Positions 18,881 through 27,741 of a DNA stretch of 56,240 bases are shown here, piece after piece. A program made the position numbers and the translations under genes. The DNA comes from an uncultured Thermoplasmata archaeon. Its GTDB lineage: Archaea > Thermoplasmatota > Poseidoniia > MGIII > CG-Epi1. Under the pieces are notes generated by a model, which was given only the letters and a program-made list of their open reading frames with translations, did not search any database and was not told where the DNA came from. The DNA is taken from the NCBI GenBank assembly GCA_963996465.1, contig CAXEHI010000038.1, forward strand, positions 1 to 56,240. The letters are read 5' to 3'. Every line of letters starts with the position of its first letter. The first letter of the stretch is position 1.

Positions 18881-19873
18881 TCAGAAGGCCTCCAGTTGCG
18901 TTTGCCTTCTCTGACTCAACGCACTGATATCCCCCTCTATACTGACTCTATGCTGTTTTCTGTAAATGTTCCAAAATCCATCAACAAGTTTCTTAGAATC
19001 TCCTCGATCCCCAGCAACTAACGCAGCCAAATAATCATCTTTATCTGTCTTTTTCCAATTAGGCGATGAAAAACCATTCTGTCTTAGCATTCCATCAAAT
19101 ATAAGCCTTCCAAAAACTCCATTATATTTTTCAAACGGTTTAATTTGCATTAATCTATGGTGAAATAATACAGATTTCTCAAAAGGATGCATGAGTGTTG
19201 GCCTCTCCCACCATTCAATCAAACCTTCTAATTCATCCTCTATTAATGCATTTGGAGGCGGTACAAAAGAAGAACCGATTAAAGCCTTATTTTTCTCTCT
19301 AAATTCACCTAAAGTGCCCAAACCTTCATTCACTTCTTTATATATTTTCTTCATTTTCTTAATATTCAGATTCTTAATCTCTTTTACAATCTTCAAATCC
19401 ATTTTCCTAAGATTAGTTACTCTAATAACGTCTGTAACTGTAACACCACTCGGTACGTTACTCTGTTCTAAAATCGATTCAACATTTTTTACGGAAAGAT
19501 TATCGTTCGAAAGAGCCAAGTTACCCTTGACTGAATTAACAAGTCTCAACCGTTCATTCATAATTCTATTCTCAGGTTCGTCCATTCTATTCATTGTACG
19601 ATTTAATAAACGCAATCTTTCTAATGAATATGTCTGTTCATCCTCTAAGAATGGGGGGTTGTATTGCTCAACAGAAGCCTTAGCCATCCTCCTAATGGCT
19701 TCCATCTCCATATCTGGAGTCATTTCTCTTTTTAGTTTTTCTAATTCTCGCTTAGAAGGTTCTTTTTGTCCAAGATATTCTTGTACTTTTCCTACCATCC
19801 CCTCCTGTTTGTAAGACTTCACAAGATAGTAATATCGTTGCCCCCTGGAAGTCTTATGTGTAAGATAAACCAT
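18881..19873 (-). CDS. Fic/DOC-fold protein with non-canonical active-site motif
   Basis: 330 aa. The C-terminal half aligns by eye to the Fic core (..MHPFEKSVLFHHRLMQIKPFEKYNGVFGRLIFDGMLRQNGF, compared with ..hP...A...H..f..IHPFxDGNGRxxRl....L...G). The motif reads KPFEKYNGVFGR, so the catalytic His is replaced by Lys. The stop codon abuts the smc GTG. Confidence 0.5.
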   Translation of the reverse strand: MVYLTHKTSRGQRYYYLVKSYKQEGMVGKVQEYLGQKEPSKRELEKLKREMTPDMEMEAIRRMAKASVEQYNPPFLEDEQTYSLERLRLLNRTMNRMDEPENRIMNERLRLVNSVKGNLALSNDNLSVKNVESILEQSNVPSGVTVTDVIRVTNLRKMDLKIVKEIKNLNIKKMKKIYKEVNEGLGTLGEFREKNKALIGSSFVPPPNALIEDELEGLIEWWERPTLMHPFEKSVLFHHRLMQIKPFEKYNGVFGRLIFDGMLRQNGFSSPNWKKTDKDDYLAALVAGDRGDSKKLVDGFWNIYRKQHRVSIEGDISALSQRRQTQLEAF

Positions 19874-20069
19874 AAGGTGTGTTCATTGGTTCCACCTTTT
19901 AAAGATTTCCGATAATGTTTTTTCCTCTAAAAATGTACGATGTTCCACTTATTTTTAGATAAAAATCGTCGGTAGAACTGAAATATCAAATTAAATAGAA
20001 CAACTCTTCTTCATTTTTTATATTCTTTCTCTAGAAAGTTTACTGCCTCAGGCATACTGTTTCACATCA

Positions 20070-21140
20070 CTAAATCAAAAAACTCGTTTCTTTATCTGGA
20101 GTTTCACAAAAACAAAGTCCCTTTCCATGAATTTTACATTCTATTTCATCTCGTTTACAAGACAAGTTTATCGCCGTTTCACAAATATCAGTTGAGTATG
20201 CTAATGTACGAATTATAACATCCATTGCAATAGAAAATTCTCTAGGGTTGTCTATCTCTTTTTTGTATTTATCTTGAAAATATTTCCTCGATTTTTTTAA
20301 TATATTTTTCCCCAAATCTATAGTCTTCGTGGCCTTTTTGGCCTTTTTATTTAAAAAGCTATTAATTGAATCATCTAAAACATCAATCGATTTATTTGCA
20401 AATCCTACAACTTGGTTTGTTGAAGCTTTACCAGCTTCAGTGCCTATGGCTGCAAGCCTACAAGAGTGATCTGCTATTCGTTCGAGATAACGTGCCACAT
20501 TTGAATAGAATACAGCTTCAGAAGGTGGGATGGATATCTTATGACCTAATGCACTATTCTCAAGCATCATGTTGAATTGCCTTTCTATAAACCATTGTAG
20601 TTTGTCTACTTCTTTATCTCTGTCAATAATGTCTAAACTCAAATCTTTAGACCCTTCTAAAACCCTTATCGAGTCTGTAAACATCGCTCTTACTATCTTA
20701 TATTGTCTTTTGATGGCCCTTCTAAAAGTTAAAGCTTGCGGATTGGTCACATCACTCAACAAAACCTCATTCCCCTCTTCTTCTATTATTTCAAATCCTA
20801 TAACATAAGAAGAGAATTTTCGAATCTCCTTTCTTTGATTTATTGATAAACGAGGTTTGCCAAGAACTTTAATCTCATTAGAGCCAGTTAAGTAAATCCC
20901 AATCAGACTTCTAAAAAGATGATTCCCAGTCCCTTTCTCAACTTCCAAAATCTGGCATCTTTTCGAAAGAGCATTCATATCTATATTTGGATCAATATTC
21001 AAAGAACCATCTGTTTGCTCTATAAGTCTCACTTCAGAACTGGGCGTCAACCCCAACTTTTCCGTCCATTTTTTAGGTAGCGAAACTATTATTGTCGAAC
21101 CACCCGTTTTCTGTAATTTCCTAGTTTCCACAATTCTCAT
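20070..21140 (-). CDS. AbrB/SpoVT-domain plus PhoU-domain phosphate uptake regulator
   Basis: 356 aa. N-terminal MRIVETRKLQKTGGSTIIVSLPKKW (SpoVT-AbrB swapped hairpin), then PhoU-like helical repeats (..YLERIADHSCRLA..). Divergent from the PiT gene. Confidence 0.7.
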   Translation of the reverse strand: MRIVETRKLQKTGGSTIIVSLPKKWTEKLGLTPSSEVRLIEQTDGSLNIDPNIDMNALSKRCQILEVEKGTGNHLFRSLIGIYLTGSNEIKVLGKPRLSINQRKEIRKFSSYVIGFEIIEEEGNEVLLSDVTNPQALTFRRAIKRQYKIVRAMFTDSIRVLEGSKDLSLDIIDRDKEVDKLQWFIERQFNMMLENSALGHKISIPPSEAVFYSNVARYLERIADHSCRLAAIGTEAGKASTNQVVGFANKSIDVLDDSINSFLNKKAKKATKTIDLGKNILKKSRKYFQDKYKKEIDNPREFSIAMDVIIRTLAYSTDICETAINLSCKRDEIECKIHGKGLCFCETPDKETSFLI

Positions 21141-21205
21141 TAAATATATAGATATATATATTTTACGTAGTAAATATTTATTTATGCACTTATCAACTCA
21201 GTTAT
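21141..21205. promoter_or_regulatory. AT-rich divergent promoter region between the phoU-like regulator and pit
   Basis: 65-bp spacer taaatatatagatatatatattttacgtagtaaatatttatttatg... with several TATA-like elements on both strands. Confidence 0.4.
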
Positions 21206-22639
21206 ATGTTTGGTTTAGATTTGATGATATTCCTGGCCATATTGGTTGCAGGATATATGGCTTGGAACATAGGTGCCAATGATGTAGCTAATGCTATGGG
21301 CACTAGTGTTGGTAGTGGAGCGTTAACTTTTAGAAATGCTATAATTGCGGCGGCAATTTTTGAATTTTTAGGCGCGTTTTTTGCAGGAGACGCAGTCACA
21401 GATACTGTTCGTAAAGGAATTTTAAATTTCGAAGAAGCGGATTTGGCAGTTTATTCTACCGAATTAAAATACGGGTTTATCGCAGCTATGTTTGCAGCAG
21501 CACTATGGTTGACTACAGCAACAAAATACGGCTTACCTGTTTCTACTACACATAGTATTGTAGGCGGTATCCTCGGTATTGGCCTTTATGTTGCACCGGA
21601 ACATGTAGATTGGGCGGTAGTAACTAAAATTGTGATGAGTTGGGTAGCGTCTCCTCTTTTAGGAGGAATCCTAGCTTTCACAACTTTTAACGTAGTGAAG
21701 AAAGTCATAATGGATGTAGAAAATCCCGTGGAAAGATCTAGAATAATGGCACCAATTCTCGCTCTTCCTACCTTTTTCGTATTAGGATTAGCCCTTCAAT
21801 ACAAGGCTATGAAAGGTCTAATCAGTCGTTTAGATGCTGAAGGGTTTATCAATAAGGCGAACTGGTTACCTGCAAAGGAAGGAACAACTTTCAATATTTT
21901 TGAAGAAGGTGCATGGTTGCCCCTTAATTCTTTACTATTGGCACTTCTTATTGCTGTCATAGCCAGTTCTATTCTGTATTGGATTTTAAGAGATTATGAG
22001 TTTGAAGAGACGGGCTATCAAGGTGTAGAGAAAATTTTCGTTTGGTTACAGGTCATAACAGCTTGTTACGTTGCTTTTGCTCACGGTGCAAATGATAGAA
22101 GTAATGCAATTGGACCAATGGCCGCAGTTTGGCAAATTCACGAACAGAACGTTTTACAATCTGAAGCAGTTATACCAACTTGGTTAATTCTCTTGGGCAG
22201 TATCGGCATTACTCTAGGAGTGATGACCTGGGGTGCTAGAGTTATGGTTACTGTAGGTAAAAAGATCACACACATCACCCCTACACGAGGATTCGCCGCT
22301 GAATTCGGAGCAGCAACCACTGTATTAATTTTTTCAATGCCTTTCTTAGCGGTTCCAATCTCTACTACACACACACTAATCGGATCAGTGGTTGGTGTTG
22401 GGCTGGCAGGAGGAACATCATCTGTCGATTTCAAGGTTTTCGGAAAAATTGCCGCAAGTTGGGTAGCAAGTATTCCAGCAGCTTCATTAGGTGCAATCGG
22501 ACTTTACATGATATTCGGTCTCAATGAAACCAGATTTATCATCTCTGTAACAATTATCCTATCGGCCATTTTCTGGCTCTTATACACTTCAATAAGGGAT
22601 GAGCGAAAGGCTGATATTCAGTCGGAGGCTGAGTTATAA
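21206..22639 (+). CDS. pit: Inorganic phosphate transporter, PiT (PHO4) family
   Basis: 477 aa, polytopic. Duplicated PiT signatures GANDVANAMGTSVGSG and GANDRSNAIGP. Confidence 0.9.
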   Translation: MFGLDLMIFLAILVAGYMAWNIGANDVANAMGTSVGSGALTFRNAIIAAAIFEFLGAFFAGDAVTDTVRKGILNFEEADLAVYSTELKYGFIAAMFAAALWLTTATKYGLPVSTTHSIVGGILGIGLYVAPEHVDWAVVTKIVMSWVASPLLGGILAFTTFNVVKKVIMDVENPVERSRIMAPILALPTFFVLGLALQYKAMKGLISRLDAEGFINKANWLPAKEGTTFNIFEEGAWLPLNSLLLALLIAVIASSILYWILRDYEFEETGYQGVEKIFVWLQVITACYVAFAHGANDRSNAIGPMAAVWQIHEQNVLQSEAVIPTWLILLGSIGITLGVMTWGARVMVTVGKKITHITPTRGFAAEFGAATTVLIFSMPFLAVPISTTHTLIGSVVGVGLAGGTSSVDFKVFGKIAASWVASIPAASLGAIGLYMIFGLNETRFIISVTIILSAIFWLLYTSIRDERKADIQSEAEL

Positions 22640-22640
22640 G

Positions 22641-23303
22641 ATGAAGATATTCGAAAGTAGAATAGGCCCAAGCGTTTTCAAATCGTATTATGAGCATGCT
22701 GAGAAGGTTTTCGAAACAGTTGAAAAGATGAATGAATGCGTTAAAGAAGCCTGTAACGGCAACGATATTTCAACTCACATCGAATCAACATCTAAATCTG
22801 AATTGGAAGCAGATAAGATTAAGACAGAGATACGAGACATGCTACGAGGCAGTGTCCGTTTAGCAGTAGATAAACCCGTTTTCTTGGAGCTAATCACACG
22901 TCAAGACAGAATAGCCGACTATGCTGAGAACGTAACGGAAATCCTATCATTTAGAACCTTATATTCTGATAAAAAAGCACAATCATTGACGCTCGAATTA
23001 GCCGAAGCAGTTACAGCAACTGTTGACGAGTATCGAAAAACAGTTGGTCAATTTGAAATTATTCTGGAATCGGCCTTCGCCAACAAAGAAAAAGATGTTA
23101 TGCACAAGCATATCGGCAGGGTGAATGATCTCGAACATCAAGCCGATTTAGTCGAAGCGAAAGCAGCAGAATACGTCTTTTCCAATGGAGATGCAGAACC
23201 TTTAGCCGCTGTTCACATGTATCGCCTCATACAACGTCTAGATGACGTAGCTAATGCAGCTGAACACGCAGCCAACAGCCTTTTACCTATTATATCAAAA
23301 TAG
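22641..23303 (+). CDS. PiT-associated phosphate transport regulator (DUF47 / PhoU-like)
   Basis: Helical protein of about 220 aa starting at ATG 22641, 1 nt after the pit stop. The tracked 22599 start is an in-pit extension. This adjacency to PiT is typical of the family. Confidence 0.7.
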   Translation: MKIFESRIGPSVFKSYYEHAEKVFETVEKMNECVKEACNGNDISTHIESTSKSELEADKIKTEIRDMLRGSVRLAVDKPVFLELITRQDRIADYAENVTEILSFRTLYSDKKAQSLTLELAEAVTATVDEYRKTVGQFEIILESAFANKEKDVMHKHIGRVNDLEHQADLVEAKAAEYVFSNGDAEPLAAVHMYRLIQRLDDVANAAEHAANSLLPIISK

Positions 23304-23360
23304 ACAACTATTATTTCGGCTAGATGATACTCAAAAATAACCTCTAGATTAACTGAGGGG

Positions 23361-23367
23361 TTTTTTT
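23361..23367 (+). terminator. T7 run, candidate archaeal termination signal after the pit operon
   Basis: ggggtttttttag lies about 60 nt after the stop at 23303. Only a weak preceding stem (cctc/gagg). Confidence 0.35.
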
Positions 23368-23387
23368 AGAACTGTTTTATTCCAAAT

Positions 23388-24221
23388 ATGATGACAATTG
23401 ATTTATTAGTACTGGCAGAGGTATTTGTCATCAGTTCATTATTTCTTTTTATCACAGGATATTTTCTGTTCGACCGTGACAACCTACCATTTGCCAAAGG
23501 CATGCCCATCATAGTGATTTACATTACTATTCTGGGTTTTCTTATGTTCTTTTTTGGTGCCTTCGCCAGTTCTATCCGTGAGCATGGGGTTACTCTTGGA
23601 TTGCCGTTCGAGGAGATGTACCTAACTTCTTTGATTTTGATTGGGTTGTCCATTTTACTACTTTTCTTCTACCGAGACCCGTATCGTGAAATCCAAGATG
23701 GAATAGTCAGCCCTGCAGACGGTCTTGTCCAGAAGGTCGATAAACACAATGAAATGATACACATTTCAATTTTCATGGGACCTCATAATGTACACGTTAA
23801 TCGATCACCAATCGATGGCACGGTCCTGTCCCAGAAACATAGAAATGGTGGCAATATGCCAGCCTTCTCAAAAGATTCAGATCAGAATGAGAGATTGGTC
23901 ACCAAATTAGATACAGATATAGGCGTCTTCAAAATTACCCAGATTGCAGGAGTCCTAGTGCGCCGTATAGTAAGTTATCTAGAAACTAGATCTAGTATAT
24001 CTAAGGGGGAGAGAATTGGGTTGATTCACTTTGGTTCCCGCGTTGATTTAAAATTTAAGGCTGAAGGAATAGATATCAAGGTGAGTGAAGGCAATCGTGT
24101 TCTGGCAGGTCAGACATTGGCTATCTTCACCTCCCCTTTATCACCATCTGTCAACGAGAAAATAATAGGGGAACCCAAACATTTATTGTCAAAGATAGAA
24201 GCTACTGCCGAAGGAGATTGA
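23388..24221 (+). CDS. psd: Phosphatidyl/archaetidylserine decarboxylase proenzyme
   Basis: 277 aa with N-terminal TM helices, then SPADGLV...HNVHVNRSPIDG...HFGSRVDL (PSD fold with a Gly-Ser self-cleavage site). Confidence 0.75.
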   Translation: MMTIDLLVLAEVFVISSLFLFITGYFLFDRDNLPFAKGMPIIVIYITILGFLMFFFGAFASSIREHGVTLGLPFEEMYLTSLILIGLSILLLFFYRDPYREIQDGIVSPADGLVQKVDKHNEMIHISIFMGPHNVHVNRSPIDGTVLSQKHRNGGNMPAFSKDSDQNERLVTKLDTDIGVFKITQIAGVLVRRIVSYLETRSSISKGERIGLIHFGSRVDLKFKAEGIDIKVSEGNRVLAGQTLAIFTSPLSPSVNEKIIGEPKHLLSKIEATAEGD

Positions 24222-24222
24222 C

Positions 24223-25011
24223 TTGTCTCTCAATAAATTTTTCAGACCCCTGACTTTGCTTTCCTATGCAGATATCGCCACTCTCACAAGCGCATTCTTG
24301 GGGTTCCTTGCTATTTCCTACATCATCGATGGTTCTCACGAGAGTTTCATCGTTGCCATGATAATACTACCATTTTCGGCTATTATTGATGGAATGGACG
24401 GGGCCTTGGCCCGTAGATTCGGAACCAAGCACGATTATGGCAAGCACCTCGATTCCATAGCTGACTCTATATGTTTCGGCATGGCCCCTTCTATACTGAT
24501 TTATTCACTGTATTATAATATTGAGAGGGGACCTGCTCTAGAGTTCATTAATGATGATCTAGAATTCGCCTTCCGTTACAATATAGAAAATCTGGTTGCA
24601 ATCATAGCCGCCACAATGTTTGTCTTGCTGAGTATTCTGAGGCTTGCTAGGTTTACTAAAGGCACACAAGGAGAGAACACCTACTTCTCTGGTTTACCAA
24701 CACCAGCCCTAGCAATGTTCACAATAGTCATATCGATTAAGTATTCTATAATCAATGATTATGATTCAGTGCTTATTCCTTTTATTATCGGATTAGTCTC
24801 TCTTCTTACTGTTACCACAATACCTTATGCTAAGCCCCGGGGCCGTTTCAGAAATCCGGTATTGTTCGGAATATTAGTCTTGATTCTGACAATTGTCCTT
24901 CACTACTTTGAGAACTCTATGTGGGAAATGCTGTGGTATGTTGCTTTTGGTTTGTATATGATTTATTTCGCACTGATTCCAGCCATGATATGGGGTAATT
25001 ACTTCGAATAA
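24223..25011 (+). CDS. pssA: CDP-alcohol phosphatidyltransferase (archaetidylserine synthase-like)
   Basis: 262 aa, polytopic. Motif DGMDGALARRFGTKHDYGKHLDSIADS matches D-G-x2-A-R-x8-G-x3-D-x3-D. TTG start 1 nt after the psd stop. Confidence 0.75.
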   Translation: MSLNKFFRPLTLLSYADIATLTSAFLGFLAISYIIDGSHESFIVAMIILPFSAIIDGMDGALARRFGTKHDYGKHLDSIADSICFGMAPSILIYSLYYNIERGPALEFINDDLEFAFRYNIENLVAIIAATMFVLLSILRLARFTKGTQGENTYFSGLPTPALAMFTIVISIKYSIINDYDSVLIPFIIGLVSLLTVTTIPYAKPRGRFRNPVLFGILVLILTIVLHYFENSMWEMLWYVAFGLYMIYFALIPAMIWGNYFE

Positions 25012-25051
25012 TAAGATAACTGTTATTTGCCCAGTCACTATTTGGTCTTTC

Positions 25052-25741
25052 GTGAAACTTTCCATTCCATTCTATCAGCAAACTATGGATTTCAGCTGCG
25101 GCCCCGCGTGTATTGCCATGGTTTTGAAATATTTTGATTATGTGAGTGAAATGAATAGAGATTTAGAAATAGAATTGTGGAGAGAAACCAGCACAATTGA
25201 AATTGCAGGCTGCGGTCGCTTCGGCATTTCTGCTCCATTAGCTCTACGAGGCCTTCATCCACATATCATAAGCAGTGCAAAAGATATGGGTATTATGGAA
25301 GGCGCTTCATCAGTTTTAGAACTCGATTCAAGAGCTTTAGATATATTTCATACAGCTCAACAAAGACTCTGTGCACAGAATGAAACAACCTATGAAACTA
25401 AAATTCCAACTTTGACAGATATCAACCAAGCATTATCCAATGAAAGAATACCACTCTGTCTCGTTTCAACAATAATATTTGGCGATGATGAAGACATACC
25501 TCATTGGATTGTAATAACGGGCTCTGAAGGAAATCTTTTGACCGTTCATAATCCCTTAGATGAAAAATCGAACAACCATAGAGATGTCCATATTGATGAT
25601 TTATTTTACACCGGCCGTGATTTCAAAGAAAAAACTATAGTCACAGTCGGTTTATCTTCAGTTCTAAATGCAAAAATCGTTGAGGAACCGGAACTACCTC
25701 CGTGGCCTTTAGATTATCAATATCATATAGAAAAAGACTAA
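25052..25741 (+). CDS. Peptidase C39-like (papain-fold) cysteine peptidase domain protein
   Basis: 229 aa. YQQTMDFSCGPACIAMVLKYF (Gln and Cys), PHWIVITG (His), HNPLD (Asn/Asp). No signal peptide or TM. The GTG start retains the oxyanion Gln. Confidence 0.5.
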   Translation: MKLSIPFYQQTMDFSCGPACIAMVLKYFDYVSEMNRDLEIELWRETSTIEIAGCGRFGISAPLALRGLHPHIISSAKDMGIMEGASSVLELDSRALDIFHTAQQRLCAQNETTYETKIPTLTDINQALSNERIPLCLVSTIIFGDDEDIPHWIVITGSEGNLLTVHNPLDEKSNNHRDVHIDDLFYTGRDFKEKTIVTVGLSSVLNAKIVEEPELPPWPLDYQYHIEKD

Positions 25742-27003
25742 GACACAGACACAACTTTCCAATATTGATAGAGCAACCACATTCCCACAATCATCATTAC
25801 TGCTCCACCACCTTGTTCAATACGCCCAACAGAACCCCTCATCAAATTAAGAACAGTATCTTTGGAGTATGCTGCTAGTATCGTGAATATTACCATGAAT
25901 ACTGCTGCAGATATTGAAAATAGAACAAACACAATTATCGCATCAATCAAACCATCTTTCATTGTAGCAGCAAGTAGAGCTAGGAATATGGGGGCCATAC
26001 ATCCTGCTGCTGCTGATCCATAACCAAAACCATAGAAGAATAAACCAGACAACCCACCTCTTTCAGATTTTTCACCAGCTATGTCTCTTCCACCCGTAAT
26101 TCTATTCCAAATAGCTCTAATCGGGTCTAACATCCAATTTATATCATATCCAGTAATCATTACAATCCCCATTAACAACAACATTGTCCCCACTATTGGA
26201 TTTAATTCATCTAAATATTTCGCCACTATTTGTGAAAAGGGTATGAATAGTATCGCAATCAAGATGAAAACTACCATTATTCCACTAGCAGCCGCTAAAC
26301 CCGACATTAGTGCTTTAATTAATTTCGAACCGCCATCTTTCTTTTCATTTCTTGAAAAATAGTATGAAAAATATCCCGGTAATAATGGAAATGAACAAGG
26401 AGAAAAGAAAGTCACTACTCCTAATATTATTGCCAGAGCAGGTGTTGGTAGTTCTGCAACCTTTGCTACGCCACCTTCTCCCGATATCGCAAGATCAACT
26501 TCACTGCGTAATGTTTCGTATGAAGCCACTCCATTATTTTTGTAAGTCAAATTGCCAGTTTTATCTACAATTACTACATATGGTATCTCATACGCACCAT
26601 ATTTTGCACTAATATTGTCAGAATCCATCGCATGTTTCCATACAAATCCTTTCTCATCTTGATGGTTACCAAGTTTTTCATTATTATCTATGTCTACCCA
26701 CACACTAACAGATATTATTTCCAATTCTGAATTATTTCCCAGCTCTTCTTCATAGATGGGCAGTATCGCTTCATCAGCCATCACAGTACATGGGCCACAC
26801 GTAGTGGCCATAAAGTCAATCAAAACTACTTTATCTCCTTTAAAATCAGATAGATTTACAACTTCTCCTTCTGTCGTTGTAATTGTAAAATCAGGAGCAA
26901 CAGAATCTCCATTGCTTATTATCTGACTCCAAAATATTACTCCCCCTAATATAATAACAATTCCAAGAGCCACAATAATTTTTTTCATCTCTTCTTCTTT
27001 CAT
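25738..27003 (-). CDS. Thioredoxin-like (TlpA/ResA type) domain fused to a CcdA/DsbD transmembrane electron-transfer domain
   Basis: 421 aa. Signal anchor, Trx fold with CGPC (FMATTCGPCTVMA), then a polytopic domain with FFSPCSFPLLPGY and AAAGCMAPIF (the two CcdA Cys motifs). Confidence 0.75.
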   Translation of the reverse strand: MKEEEMKKIIVALGIVIILGGVIFWSQIISNGDSVAPDFTITTTEGEVVNLSDFKGDKVVLIDFMATTCGPCTVMADEAILPIYEEELGNNSELEIISVSVWVDIDNNEKLGNHQDEKGFVWKHAMDSDNISAKYGAYEIPYVVIVDKTGNLTYKNNGVASYETLRSEVDLAISGEGGVAKVAELPTPALAIILGVVTFFSPCSFPLLPGYFSYYFSRNEKKDGGSKLIKALMSGLAAASGIMVVFILIAILFIPFSQIVAKYLDELNPIVGTMLLLMGIVMITGYDINWMLDPIRAIWNRITGGRDIAGEKSERGGLSGLFFYGFGYGSAAAGCMAPIFLALLAATMKDGLIDAIIVFVLFSISAAVFMVIFTILAAYSKDTVLNLMRGSVGRIEQGGGAVMMIVGMWLLYQYWKVVSVS

Positions 27004-27368
27004 ACTATCTCCAAACCATATCTACATCTAGTTTCACCTTCTTCTGAAATCACAATTTCAATCAATCCATCTAATTCTTCTCTAACTCTCTCAAATATCC
27101 ATCTTGCCATGTTTTCAGTGGTTGGATTTTCTAACCCTTTCACCTCATTCAAGTATCCATGATCCAATATTTTGTGAATTTTTTCTTTGTAGATTTTATC
27201 TATTTCATAATAATCTACTACCCACTCCTTTTCTTTGTCTAATTCTCCTTTTACTACTAAAGTAACACCAAAAGCATGTCCATGCAATCTACTGCAAGGG
27301 TGGTCATCAGGTAATTTAGGTAAAACCCTAGCCGCTTCGAAACGATAATCCCTTTCTATGATGAACAT
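27000..27368 (-). CDS. queD: 6-carboxytetrahydropterin / 6-pyruvoyl-tetrahydropterin synthase
   Basis: 122 aa with CSRLHGHAFGV, LDHGYLNE and PTTENMARWI. ATGA overlap with the downstream Trx-CcdA gene. Confidence 0.8.
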   Translation of the reverse strand: MFIIERDYRFEAARVLPKLPDDHPCSRLHGHAFGVTLVVKGELDKEKEWVVDYYEIDKIYKEKIHKILDHGYLNEVKGLENPTTENMARWIFERVREELDGLIEIVISEEGETRCRYGLEIV

Positions 27369-27408
27369 CCTACTTCTCTAGGACTATCGTTTGATAAAGT
27401 ATTGCTTA

Positions 27409-27645
27409 CTAAAAATCGAATAGTAGATTCGCAAATCCAATCATAAATAGAGGAATTTGTAAACCAAAATTCGCTAAGACTGGTTTGTCATTAGTAACAT
27501 AACCTGCGAAAGACCAACAAACAACACCCCCTCCATGAAGGAAAATGTTCATCGGATATATGTTTAGATTGGTAAGAAAGATACCACTCAGTATCAATGC
27601 AGTCCCTAGCCATTTAGTGCCTTCTATTTGCTCCATGTTTATCAC
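27409..27645 (-). CDS. Small hydrophobic membrane protein (about 3 TM), unknown function
   Basis: 78-aa ORF filling an otherwise empty gap. Hydrophobic segments only; no recognisable motif. Confidence 0.4.
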   Translation of the reverse strand: MINMEQIEGTKWLGTALILSGIFLTNLNIYPMNIFLHGGGVVCWSFAGYVTNDKPVLANFGLQIPLFMIGFANLLFDF

Positions 27646-27710
27646 TTAGAAGTAAAAGGTAGGTACTAATTATAAGAATTATTGAACGTTTCTTTCAACA
27701 TCAGTCATAA

Positions 27711-27718
27711 CATATATA
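27711..27718 (+). promoter_or_regulatory. TATA box for metG (near-leaderless transcript)
   Basis: catatata is centred about 27 nt upstream of ATG 27742 with no SD in between. This supports 27742 as the true start. Confidence 0.4.
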
Positions 27719-27741
27719 GGACTCACTTCTATTATTATCGT

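Noticed and set aside
15669-18914. Multiple 60-131-aa plus-strand ORFs (e.g. 17397-17792, 16659-16931) antisense to smc
   Set aside because: The coiled-coil coding sequence (Glu/Lys/Leu codons) yields stop-poor Ser/Phe/Leu-rich antisense frames. These are artefacts of composition.
19191-19814. 207-aa plus-strand ORF antisense to the Fic-like gene
   Set aside because: It is entirely nested antisense in a gene with a recognisable fold. Its Ser/Phe/Leu/Ile-rich low-complexity translation is typical of a shadow ORF in AT-rich DNA, and it has no SD or promoter.
21202-21399. 65-aa minus-strand ORF, and a 98-aa one at 22138-22434, antisense to pit
   Set aside because: These are shadow ORFs inside a polytopic transporter gene with definitive PiT signatures.
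24874-25065. 63-aa minus-strand ORF spanning the pssA / C39-like junction
   Set aside because: It overlaps the 3' end of pssA antisense and has no start signals or motifs.
27682-27741. Upstream-extended starts offered by the ORF track: metG 27682, DUF47 22599, HAD-ECH 37497, lipB 55584 and the small ORF 41966
   Set aside because: The extensions overlap the preceding gene or add non-conserved residues. Downstream ATGs coincide with the conserved N-termini and with TATA or SD signals or stop/start overlaps.
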